Positions 9,773 through 17,977 of a stretch of DNA of 35,930 nucleotides are shown here, piece after piece. Source of the stretch: Candidatus Micrarchaeia archaeon. GTDB lineage: Archaea > Micrarchaeota > Micrarchaeia > Norongarragalinales > UBA8480. The notes under the pieces were generated by a model that searched no databases, was not told where the DNA came from, and saw nothing but the letters and a program-made list of their open reading frames with translations. A program made the position numbers and the translations under genes. The stretch spans positions 1 to 35,930 of the forward strand of contig JBAMLY010000002.1 in NCBI GenBank assembly GCA_039794045.1, in the 5' to 3' direction. Numbering within the stretch: the stretch's first letter is position 1; the number at the start of each line of letters is the position of its first letter.

Positions 9773-10162
9773 ATGGCAAGAGGAAGAGAACGCCAAGTAA
9801 TTTGTGCTTCGTGCGGCAGGCAGGTAAGGCGCGACAAGGCAGTGTTTATTGAGAAAGCGGTTTTCACTAACCCAGTTGACAGGAAGGACACCGCGGACGA
9901 GCAGTACACTCGCGCGTTCTACCGCGAACTCGCTTACTGTCCCGGGTGCGGTAAGCACTTAAGCGTTTACAAGCGCAAGCAAGAACAACGCCAACGCCAG
10001 CGAGAACGCGAGAGAATCTTTCCAAGGCGGCCCCGCAGTTCAATGCACAACCGCTCTGGCGGCTACCGCGAGCCCGCGTCAAGCCAGCAACAAGAACAAA
10101 AAAGTGAAGCGGAAGCCAAGCCAGCACAACAACAGTCGCAGCAGCAAGCACAGCAACAATGA
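9773..10162 (+). CDS. rps26e: 30S ribosomal protein eS26 (S26e)
   Basis: GRExxVxCxxCGRxVxRDKA ... YCxxCxxH Zn-binding pattern of S26e; SD AGGTGA; Arg/Gln-rich tail. Confidence 0.85.
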   Translation: MARGRERQVICASCGRQVRRDKAVFIEKAVFTNPVDRKDTADEQYTRAFYRELAYCPGCGKHLSVYKRKQEQRQRQRERERIFPRRPRSSMHNRSGGYREPASSQQQEQKSEAEAKPAQQQSQQQAQQQ

Positions 10163-10219
10163 GCTGGCCGCACGGCAGCGCTGGCTGGCTGCCAAGAGCA
10201 AAAAAGCATTCAAGTTAGT

Positions 10220-10292
10220 GGGCCCGTAGTCGATCGGCTAAGACGCCTGTCTCACACACAGGAGATGCGGAGTTCGACTCTCCGCGGGCCCA
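10220..10292 (+). tRNA. tRNA-Val(CAC)
   Basis: Acceptor GGGCCCG/CGGGCCC+A; anticodon arm CCTGT-CTCACAC-ACAGG; T arm CGGAG-TTCGACT-CTCCG; no encoded CCA. Confidence 0.95.
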
Positions 10293-10497
10293 CTCACGGC
10301 AGCAGGAAAGAAAGTCGCTTCCTTGAGCCGACTCGTTTCCTTTCCCGTCACCAAACACTTTTTTTGGCTCGCCAACTTGTTGACGCGACCACTTCAAGCG
10401 TTTTTTAGCGCGGGTTTTTGCGGGGGGTGCGACGGCCTTGCGAGGAGCAGCCGAAGCAAAAAGTGCTAGCTTTTATTGCTGAAGCAATAATTTTTTC

Positions 10498-11730
10498 GTG
10501 GCTAAACTGAGTTTGAAGAAGAGTTTGTCTCTCGTTGACGCTACTGCGATTAGCTTGGGGGCAATCATTGGCGCCGGCGTATTCGTGTTGCTTGGGAATA
10601 CAATTGATCTTGCCGGGCCCGCTGCAATGCTTTCGATTGTCGTCGGATTTTTTGTCGCTGCGTTGACGGCATTGTCTTTCAGTGAGCTTAGCGTTTTCCT
10701 GCCGCGTGAGGGGGGAGCGTACGAGTTCGCGCACGAGCTTGTTGGGCCTTTTGCAGGCTTTGTGACTGGCTTTTTGTGGCTTTTTTCAAACATTGTTGCC
10801 TGCGCAGTCCTAGCGCTAGGCTTTTCTTCGTATTTGTCTGCGCTCGTTCCGTTGCCCGCAAACGTGGTAGCTTTCGCTATTTGTTGCGCGCTTACTCTCG
10901 TCAACCTTGCTGAAGTAAAGAGAGTTGCTGCGTTGAACAACGCTTTAGTGGGCGTGAAGCTGTTAACCCTCTTTTTTTTCGTTGTCGTTGGGTTGCTCTC
11001 CTTTAATGTGAGTCGCTTTACTCCCTTTGCTCCAAACGGGTTGCCGGGCGTATTGACTGGAGCCGCTATTTTCTTTTTTGCTTTTGGTGGTTTCGCGAGA
11101 ATAACCACTGCCTCCCAAGAAGTTAAAAATGCGAGGGAAAACGTTCCAAAGGCGATCTTGTTTTCTCTAGGAATATCTTTTGTGTTGTACTTCGCAGTGG
11201 CAGTGGTGGCCGTGGGCCTCTCGCGGCCTGGAATGAGCACTAGTTCGGGTTTTCTCGCGCAAGAAATAAGTTCGACTGGAATAAGCGGTGCTTTTGAGGT
11301 AGTGTCTATTGGTGCGCTTGCGGCAATTGCAAGCGTGTTGTTAACCACAATCCTTGGCGCGTCTCGCGTGCTTTACGCGATGGCTAGAAACCGTGAAGCA
11401 CCGCAAATACTTTTTGAAGTGAGCTCGACTAGAGTTCCAAGCAAAGCCGTTTTATTTGTTGGGCTTGTTGCGGGAGTAATTTCGTTGAGTGGCGACCTCT
11501 TCTTCGTAGCGTCCGTCAGCAGTTTTGCGATGCTGGCATACTACGGGGCAGCAAACTATTCTGTGTTGAAGCTCAGGCATACGCGTTTGCCTAAACTGGT
11601 TCCCTTGCTTGGCCTGCTTTCATGCGCTGTGTTGGCGTTATCGTTGCCAGTTCAATCAATTATTTTGGGTTTGGCTGCTACTTTTACTGCCGCGGTTTTC
11701 TATCACTGCAGTTGCGCTCGCAAGCGCTGA
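10498..11730 (+). CDS. APC-superfamily amino acid permease
   Basis: GAIIGAGVF, GPAA, SELS..PREGGAYEF, FFAFGGF, EVKN...VPKAI motifs; ~12 hydrophobic segments. Confidence 0.93.
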   Translation: MAKLSLKKSLSLVDATAISLGAIIGAGVFVLLGNTIDLAGPAAMLSIVVGFFVAALTALSFSELSVFLPREGGAYEFAHELVGPFAGFVTGFLWLFSNIVACAVLALGFSSYLSALVPLPANVVAFAICCALTLVNLAEVKRVAALNNALVGVKLLTLFFFVVVGLLSFNVSRFTPFAPNGLPGVLTGAAIFFFAFGGFARITTASQEVKNARENVPKAILFSLGISFVLYFAVAVVAVGLSRPGMSTSSGFLAQEISSTGISGAFEVVSIGALAAIASVLLTTILGASRVLYAMARNREAPQILFEVSSTRVPSKAVLFVGLVAGVISLSGDLFFVASVSSFAMLAYYGAANYSVLKLRHTRLPKLVPLLGLLSCAVLALSLPVQSIILGLAATFTAAVFYHCSCARKR

Positions 11731-11740
11731 AGAACAAGGC

Positions 11741-12043
11741 TTACCGCGTGCTTTCCGCGATCCAGTGCTCGACTTGCTTGGAAGCGCGAGCGCTTAAAAC
11801 GATTATGGCTGGCAGTTCATAAGAGTGGAGGGCACGGATTTTTTTGTTGAGCGCAGCCGCTTTTTTTGTGGTGGTCTTCAAGGACAGCATCCATTCACGC
11901 TCTCGGAATACTTTGCCCCTCCAGCGGTAAATGGATTTGACCGGCCAGTAGTTCACGCACGCGGCAAGGCGGCCGCTCACTGTTGCCAACGCGATTTTGC
12001 GTGCCTCGCCTTCGTTCTTGCAGGTTACTAATAACTCCTTCAT
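11741..12043 (-). CDS. cutA: Divalent-cation tolerance protein CutA
   Basis: EARKIA...LAACVN..PVKSIYRWRGK...KTT...HSYELPAI. ATG 12043 lies just after the MBL stop (track start 12052). Confidence 0.93.
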   Translation of the reverse strand: MKELLVTCKNEGEARKIALATVSGRLAACVNYWPVKSIYRWRGKVFREREWMLSLKTTTKKAAALNKKIRALHSYELPAIIVLSARASKQVEHWIAESTR

Positions 12044-12045
12044 TT

Positions 12046-13047
12046 TCAGCACCAGTTCGAGAGGCTTTCCTGGAATTCTGGTAGGGGCGACGCATTCAAT
12101 CCTTTTTTGCGCAGCGCCGCCGCCAGTTCTTCAGCGAAGCCGTGAGTAGTAAAAATTTTTTTTGCGCCGCTTTCCTCGGCGTAACGCGTTAGTTCGTTGA
12201 AGTCGGCGTGGTCGCTCAAGCAAAATCCTTTGAAGTAGTCGGTGCTGCGAGAGCCAAGCGCCCAACCCGTTGCAGTAGCGCATGCGACTCTTCTTCCGTG
12301 CAGTTCGGTGAGCCGCTGGGCGAGCACGGGAGTGACTTCGTTGAAGTTTAGTACTGCAACAAATTTTTTTCCTCTCGCGATGGCTTGTTCTCCTTCGCTG
12401 CTCTCGCTTGGCACGAAGTCCAGGCTTACGCCGTGCTTGACGTAAACGCGGCAAATTCTTTCAACTGCGTTGTTTACTATGGGGGTTATGCCGCATTCAT
12501 TCAAGATTTTTATTAGTTCTTGGGCTTTCCCTAGCGCATAGCCGCCGAGAATGGTTATCTCGCCTTTCTCGAAGTGTTTTTTAGTCCACGCTGCTATTTC
12601 GCGTGCCGTCTTTTCGCGGTCGGGGAAAACGAATTCCGGTGAACCATAAGTAGCCTCCATTAATAGTACTTCAGAGTGCATTACTGTGGCTGGCTTGCAC
12701 GTGAGGGAAGGAGAGAGCTTGAAGTCTGCAGTGTAACCAAAGCTGGTGCCGTCCCATTCCGCGTAAAGCTGCGCCGAGCCGAGCACGTGCCCAGCGTTTT
12801 CGAGCCGCGCCTTAAACTCTCCTTCTACGAGTTCTTGAGTTGCTTGCGCTGGCGAGTCGTAATTCCTTGCCTTCATTAAGTCTATGGTGGCTGGGGTGGC
12901 GAGCAGCTTGGCGGCTTTTCGTGCTTGAGCATGGTCGGAGTGCGCGTGCGAAACGAATGAGGCCAGCGCGCCTTTCGCAGCGCAATCAAGGGCGATGCGC
13001 CTCCCACTTGCTTCTAGAATTGTTTTAGAGCCCTTTCGGTAGAGCAT
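12046..13047 (-). CDS. MBL-fold / beta-CASP nuclease
   Basis: SHAHSDH, AGHVLGS, MEATYG, YALGKAQE, ATGW, LSDHADF, THG motifs. Confidence 0.9.
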   Translation of the reverse strand: MLYRKGSKTILEASGRRIALDCAAKGALASFVSHAHSDHAQARKAAKLLATPATIDLMKARNYDSPAQATQELVEGEFKARLENAGHVLGSAQLYAEWDGTSFGYTADFKLSPSLTCKPATVMHSEVLLMEATYGSPEFVFPDREKTAREIAAWTKKHFEKGEITILGGYALGKAQELIKILNECGITPIVNNAVERICRVYVKHGVSLDFVPSESSEGEQAIARGKKFVAVLNFNEVTPVLAQRLTELHGRRVACATATGWALGSRSTDYFKGFCLSDHADFNELTRYAEESGAKKIFTTHGFAEELAAALRKKGLNASPLPEFQESLSNWC

Positions 13048-13108
13048 GCAGCGATTAGTGAGCGCGTCTTAAAAAGCATGGAGGGCGAAAAATATTTTGG
13101 TGGTTTGA

Positions 13109-14047
13109 TTGTACGACGTTGCAATAATTGGAGGGGGGCCAGCGGGTTTGAGCGCGGCAATTTACGCTTCACGAAAGAACTTGAAAACCATTCTCTTCGA
13201 GGAGGAAATTTTAGGGGGAGCGGTTTCAGAGGCGTGGGAAGTAGAAAATTATTTGGGGTTCGGCAAAAGAAAGGGCGCCGAGTTAGCGAGTGCTTTCGTC
13301 GAGCACGCTAAACAGTTTCCCGTGGAGTTCAAGGAATTCGAGAAAATAGATTCTATAAAGAAAGTGGAAGAAGGTTTTTTCAGGCTCTCGACTTCCTCGG
13401 GCGAGTACGAGGCGCGCGCCGTAATTCTGGCTACCGGCATGCGCTTTGCTTCCCTGGGTGTGACAGGAGAGGAGGACCTCGTGGGAAGAGGCGTGAGCTA
13501 CTGCGCAACCTGCGATGGCCCAATGTTTAAAGGAAAACGAGTTGCAGTAGTGGGCGGCGGGGACAGCGCTTTTTCTTCTGCGCTTTACTTAAGTGAATTA
13601 GCCGAGAAAACGTATTTGGTTCACCGCCGCGCCGAGTTCAAGGCAGTTGAGCTCCTACAAAAACAATTGAAAGCGAAAGCTGCGGAAGGCAAGGTAGAAA
13701 TCCTTTCAGGCAAGGTTGTGAAGGAACTCAAGACAAACGCGAAGGGATTGCTTGAAAAAATCGTTTTAGAAGACACAGAGTCAAAGCAGCTTACTGAAAT
13801 AAGCGTGGAAGGACTATTCGTTTACTTAGGCGGAATGCCTTTAAGCGTGCTAGCGCAGTCAGTCGGCGTTGCCTTGGACGAAAAAGGCTTTGTCAAGACA
13901 GACTCTGAGTGTGCCACCAGCGTTCCAGGCGTTTTCGCGGCAGGCGACATAACTGGTTGGGGAATGCAGATAATAACTGCCGCGGCAACAGGAGCGGTTG
14001 CGGCGCTCTCAGCCTACAAGCACGTAAAATTTGTTACTACTCGTTAA
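13109..14047 (+). CDS. trxB: Thioredoxin-disulfide reductase
   Basis: IIGGGPAGLSAA FAD motif, GVSYCATCDG redox motif, VVGGGDSA and HRR NADPH motifs, GVFAAGD; TTG start. Confidence 0.95.
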   Translation: MYDVAIIGGGPAGLSAAIYASRKNLKTILFEEEILGGAVSEAWEVENYLGFGKRKGAELASAFVEHAKQFPVEFKEFEKIDSIKKVEEGFFRLSTSSGEYEARAVILATGMRFASLGVTGEEDLVGRGVSYCATCDGPMFKGKRVAVVGGGDSAFSSALYLSELAEKTYLVHRRAEFKAVELLQKQLKAKAAEGKVEILSGKVVKELKTNAKGLLEKIVLEDTESKQLTEISVEGLFVYLGGMPLSVLAQSVGVALDEKGFVKTDSECATSVPGVFAAGDITGWGMQIITAAATGAVAALSAYKHVKFVTTR

Positions 14048-14110
14048 TGCGACTATTTTAAATACGTGTTTTTTCAGAATTTTTTTGCTGCAACTTCGTG
14101 AGGTGGGCTT

Positions 14111-14680
14111 TTGGCTAGCTTGGCTTTAATAGCGCTTACAGTAGTGGTTTTCGTTGTAGATGTGTTGCTTTTCGCTGAGTTTTCGTGGCTTGAGGAACGC
14201 GTGCGAAGGACGCGCACACCTGTTGCCGCTGCGGACACACGGAAGGTTCCAGAAACGGAAAGTCTTAAGGCAATCAAAGCAGAGGCTCAACCTCTCGCCT
14301 TGCTTTCAAGCGCGCACGCCGCTGCGGGGCCGCATCTTTATTCAACTGGGCTTGACGAAGACGTCGTCGAGTTGAAGCAGCAATTGCAGGAGTTGCAGGA
14401 GCAGGCAAGGGCTTCAGCGGGGAACGCTTGCGCAAGCGAACTGCGCTGCCTCGGGGAAAAAATTGATTCTCTCGCCGCGGCTCGCTCCAACGACTTGGTT
14501 GAGTTTTCCGCGTTGAAAACCGAGATAGAGTCTTTGAAGCATGCCTTGCGCGGCTTGTACGCCAAGGAATTGCGTGGTGCTGAGTTAGCTCGCTCGGTTT
14601 TCGAGCTAGAGGAAAGCATTGAAAAAATTTCTCGCGCCGCCAAAAAGGCGCAAAAAGAAAGCAAGAGAAGTGAGAGGTAA
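14111..14680 (+). CDS. Membrane-anchored coiled-coil protein
   Basis: N-terminal hydrophobic helix then heptad-rich segments; TTG start after GAGGTG; TATA-like TTTTAAATA at 14056-14064. Confidence 0.7.
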   Translation: MASLALIALTVVVFVVDVLLFAEFSWLEERVRRTRTPVAAADTRKVPETESLKAIKAEAQPLALLSSAHAAAGPHLYSTGLDEDVVELKQQLQELQEQARASAGNACASELRCLGEKIDSLAAARSNDLVEFSALKTEIESLKHALRGLYAKELRGAELARSVFELEESIEKISRAAKKAQKESKRSER

Positions 14681-14685
14681 TTTGA

Positions 14686-15249
14686 ATGGATGAGTCAAGC
14701 ATTCCCTCGAAGGCAGAGGAATTAGTTGAAAAGGCAGTCAAGGAAAAGACGCGCGAGTTGACTGAAAAAATAGAGAAGCTGGAAGCGTTCGAGAAACACG
14801 CGAGGGACGAGCTCGCCCAATTGCGTGCCAGTGAAATGGAAGCGCGAGAAGAAATGAATAAGCTGGTGAAAGAAGCAGTTGAAAAAATAAGTGCTTTGAA
14901 TGACAAAATCGCTCGCCTTTTGTTGCCTCGCGCTGGCGCAGCCAAAGCGTCTGCCAAGGCAGCCAAACAAGTCAAGTCAAGCAAAGAAAGGAAGGCGCGC
15001 GGGAAACCAGGGAAAGCCGGGGGCGGAAAGCCGACCAAGACTAGAACTGCGAAGCGCTCGGTCTCAAAGAAAATCGTGATAAAGCCAGAAGTAGTAGTCA
15101 AGCCTAAAATGACTGTCAAGCCAATAGTTAGGGCAGCCAACAAAAATCGTGGCAAGCAAGCAAAGAAAGCCGCGAAAAAATCAATCAAGCTTAAGGCAAA
15201 GCGCGGCAAGAAACAAGAAGTTAAAGTAACAGTTACATCGGCTGCTTAA
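14686..15249 (+). CDS. Coiled-coil protein with Lys/Ala-rich basic C-terminal tail
   Basis: SD GAGGT 5' of the ATG; Glu/Lys coiled coil then AAKASAKAAK...AKKAAKK low-complexity region. Confidence 0.75.
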   Translation: MDESSIPSKAEELVEKAVKEKTRELTEKIEKLEAFEKHARDELAQLRASEMEAREEMNKLVKEAVEKISALNDKIARLLLPRAGAAKASAKAAKQVKSSKERKARGKPGKAGGGKPTKTRTAKRSVSKKIVIKPEVVVKPKMTVKPIVRAANKNRGKQAKKAAKKSIKLKAKRGKKQEVKVTVTSAA

Positions 15250-15794
15250 AACAATGGCCTGGGGGCTTGCTCGCCGAACACCGTGTTTTCGGCTACCTCG
15301 ATTGGCGTCTGCGTTTCGCTTGCCTGCCCGCCAGTCAATGAAGCAATGCCCGCGCCGAGCCCAGCGAGCTCGGGAGGCAGCTCCGAACCTATTTGCTTTG
15401 ATATCTCGTTTGGGTTGAGTTCGAGTTTCACTATCAATTCAATAAAGGCAGCAAGCTTTTTCGCAGCAATTTCACCTAATTGTTCTGGAGTGCGGTAGTC
15501 TGCGCGGTTCACCACGCAAAAGAAAACGAATTTGCCTGTCTCAAGTTCGACGTCAACATTTTTTTCGAGCAGCAAGTTGAACGAGTCAGCGTCTTCGTCT
15601 TCCAAGTTAAGGAACACCAAGCCAACGTCTGCGCCAGCCTCCAAAAGCTTTTTACAGCAAACAGGTACTTTCAAAATGTCTGGCGCAGTAAAGCGCGAGA
15701 GGCTAACATTGCTTGCAGTCTTGGCGGCAACGTCTACTGCGATGCCGTAAACGTCGTAGTCATTCGTTATACAGTCAACGAAACCTATTTTCAA
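15246..15794 (-). CDS. Divergent homolog of archaeal (pentameric) riboflavin synthase, lumazine-synthase fold
   Basis: MKIGFVD...RFTAPDILKVPVCCKKLLE.GAD matches the archaeal RibC pattern (KIGIVDTTFAR...RxTVPGIKDLPVACKKL), but the active-site motifs are altered. TTG start overlaps the upstream TGA (TTGA). Confidence 0.7.
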   Translation of the reverse strand: MKIGFVDCITNDYDVYGIAVDVAAKTASNVSLSRFTAPDILKVPVCCKKLLEAGADVGLVFLNLEDEDADSFNLLLEKNVDVELETGKFVFFCVVNRADYRTPEQLGEIAAKKLAAFIELIVKLELNPNEISKQIGSELPPELAGLGAGIASLTGGQASETQTPIEVAENTVFGEQAPRPLF

Positions 15795-16579
15795 GCAACC
15801 ACTTTCTTTGAAGCCGTTTGAACTGCTTGAGAGGCTTCCTCTCGCGAAATAAGCGAGACAAGTTCGCGCGCTCCAGCCACTTCAGGCGTTACCACGTGCT
15901 TTACTCCTGCGTGGTGAAGTTGTTTGATGAGTTCCTCTTTTTCCGCGCGAGCGTAAGCCATTATGTTTGGGTTCAAGTGCCTTGCAATCAACGCAATCAA
16001 CACGTTCTTCTCTGTTTCAGGAATCACTGCCACTACCGCCTTCGCTTTCTCTATGTCGGCGCTCTTCAATGAGTCTTCCTCTAAAGCATCGCCGTTGAGA
16101 ACTAAGAAGCCTTTCTTGGTCAAAGAATCCACTAGCGCCTTGTCTTTCTCTATAATAACGTAAGGAATGTTTTTCTGCTGCAACAATTCAGCAACGTGAA
16201 TGCCCACTCTTCCAGCACCGCAAATAATGTAGTGGTCCTTCAACTGCTCTGCCTTCACTGTCGTCATGAAATCCCTCCAAAAATCTCCGAGTTTTCCTTC
16301 AAGAATCAAATCAAAAAAAGTCCACAAAACAAACCAGAAAATGAATACCCCAAACAATAACAACGACAACTGCAGAACGCGGTTCGCCCCAGTTTCGTTT
16401 TGGTGTTCTAAAGCCAACGTTTCCACTGTCAAGACAAAGCCGTCCTGCAAGCTGGTTTGCTTGAGGAACGCGTAACCAAGAGTTCCCACCGCAAACAAGA
16501 CAATAATCATTAACGCCAAGAGCTTGAGCTTAGTGTAAACCTTGTCTCGTTTTACCTTTCTTGGAATTAAACCATTCAT
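15791..16579 (-). CDS. 2-TM channel-like protein with RCK/TrkA-N domain (MthK/Kch-like), selectivity filter degenerate
   Basis: Two TM helices; RCK motifs DHYIICGAGRVG, GDA...L..A.I..A, ARxLNP...ARA, AGV..VV.PE. ATG 16579 preferred (track start 16597). Confidence 0.88.
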   Translation of the reverse strand: MNGLIPRKVKRDKVYTKLKLLALMIIVLFAVGTLGYAFLKQTSLQDGFVLTVETLALEHQNETGANRVLQLSLLLFGVFIFWFVLWTFFDLILEGKLGDFWRDFMTTVKAEQLKDHYIICGAGRVGIHVAELLQQKNIPYVIIEKDKALVDSLTKKGFLVLNGDALEEDSLKSADIEKAKAVVAVIPETEKNVLIALIARHLNPNIMAYARAEKEELIKQLHHAGVKHVVTPEVAGARELVSLISREEASQAVQTASKKVVA

Positions 16580-16621
16580 CCAACCACAATTAAGCACTCG
16601 CTCTTTTTAAGACCCTCGCAG

Positions 16622-17215
16622 TTACTTCACTAAATGCACGGAATTGTCTAACCCAAACAATTCCACGCGCTCGCCCACAAAGAAAGTAGTAATAGCGCAA
16701 TTCTTTTGCTTTACGCGCCTGCACTTAGACAAAGGCAAGCCAAGCAAGCACGCTATGATGACGCGATTGACGACGTTATGCGCCACTACCACGACTGTGC
16801 CCTCTCGCTCACGCAAAAGCCTTGAAACGAACGGCTGCAATCGCTTCCTCAAAGCCGCAGTGCTCTCGCCGCCGGGCAGCCTGTAGTTCGGAGAAGTGAA
16901 AAGCTTGTTTATCCTCCCAGGAAAGCGCGCGTCAATTTCTTCCTGGCTCAAGCCAGTCAACTTGCCGAAGTCTATTTCCCTCAGTTCCGGCACGACAACA
17001 ATTTTTCTCCCAAGAAAAACAGCGGTCTCGAGCGCGCGCTTCAACGGACTACAGTAAACCACTCTTATCCTTTCCCGCGCTAGCCTTCGCGCCAATTCCT
17101 TCGCCTGCCTCTCCCCCCGCGCGCTCAAGCCATTGTCGCGCTCGCTTCCAGCAACGCGCCCCCCAGAATTATCGGCTGACTCTGCGTGCCTCACTAAAAC
17201 CAGTTTTAAAACCAT
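16622..17215 (-). CDS. Histidine phosphatase family protein (phosphoglycerate mutase/CobC-like)
   Basis: LVRHAES, GxxQA, SPLKRALETA, LREIDFG, PGGES, VVAH. Confidence 0.92.
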   Translation of the reverse strand: MVLKLVLVRHAESADNSGGRVAGSERDNGLSARGERQAKELARRLARERIRVVYCSPLKRALETAVFLGRKIVVVPELREIDFGKLTGLSQEEIDARFPGRINKLFTSPNYRLPGGESTAALRKRLQPFVSRLLREREGTVVVVAHNVVNRVIIACLLGLPLSKCRRVKQKNCAITTFFVGERVELFGLDNSVHLVK

Positions 17216-17235
17216 TTTTTCACTAATTCAATCCT

Positions 17236-17448
17236 TTAAGGCACCACTGGAAAATCGCCGGCAGTAAAATTGCTGAAGTTTTTCATTGACTGAATTACGT
17301 TAACCGCGCCGCCCACGCCTTCGCCGACGGCGCTCGCACGACTTTGAACTTGAGACAAGGCAGGCAAGAACACTGCAAACAACGCATAAGCCAATATGCC
17401 GCAAACAATCAACAAAATCAACAACTTAAACAAGTCGCCGGCATCCAT
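17236..17448 (-). CDS. Small single-pass membrane protein
   Basis: 70 aa with an N-terminal hydrophobic helix; co-oriented with and closely spaced to the downstream genes. Confidence 0.65.
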   Translation of the reverse strand: MDAGDLFKLLILLIVCGILAYALFAVFLPALSQVQSRASAVGEGVGGAVNVIQSMKNFSNFTAGDFPVVP

Positions 17449-17647
17449 TTCATCAATACTTTAACGAGCAACAAAAATAAAAAACTCGCCTTCAATTGTT
17501 TTCTTGAGATGTCAAAGAATAGCTTCGAGGAACAAGCTCTCTGATGCGCTCGCGGCCGCCGCCAAGCAAGACGAGCACGCCTTCATGCCAGACTACGGCT
17601 TGAAGCGCGCGGACTACGTGAACGCGAAGAAAAAAGAAAGAAGAAAG

Positions 17648-17815
17648 TGCTCCGATCGGGATTTGAACCCGAGTTACAGACTTGAGAGGCCTGTGTCCTT
17701 TCGGCGGAAGCCCTTTCCTTTTCCGTAAACGCTTTTCGAGCGCCGAAGCGAGCCAGCGCGCGCCGAGCGAGGAACGGAGAAAAAGGGTTTCTTGACCGAG
17801 CTAGACGATCGGAGC
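17648..17815 (-). tRNA. tRNA-Glu(CTC) with a ~93-nt non-canonical D-loop intron (about 17792-17700)
   Basis: 5' exon GCTCCGATCGTCTAGCTCGGTCA; 3' exon AGGACA-CAGGC-CTCTCAA-GTCTG-TAAC-TCGGG-TTCAAAT-CCCGA-TCGGAGC-A. The spliced product is a 75-nt cloverleaf, and the junction forms a BHB-like motif. Confidence 0.93.
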
Positions 17816-17977
17816 ACGGCAAGCAGCTAGTAAGCCATTCAAACCCGAGCAACCGAATCCGACTAAGTCATTTGATTTACAATTTTAAAAAGCGTTTCTC
17901 ATGCGGGAGTTGCGCGTTCCTCTGCCTGGTCAGTCGTTGGCGCGCAATTCGCAGCTGCGAATTTAACGCGTTAGCAG

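Noticed and set aside
10426..10456. SRP helix-8-like string CGG-CCT-TGCG-AGG-AGCAGCC
   Set aside because: It lacks the CAGG side and the GNRA loop in that register, and the flanking stem does not pair.
17236..17448. Small membrane protein as a type IV pilin
   Set aside because: No class III signal (basic residues then G/A before the hydrophobic helix) and no pilus genes nearby.
17509..17544. TGA read-through (selenocysteine or alternative code) after MSKNSFEEQAL
   Set aside because: TGA is a normal stop in many genes here, and the read-through product has no recognisable features.
17583..17852. ORFs overlapping tRNAs (also 10215-10397 and 19352-19630)
   Set aside because: They overlap clear tRNA genes.
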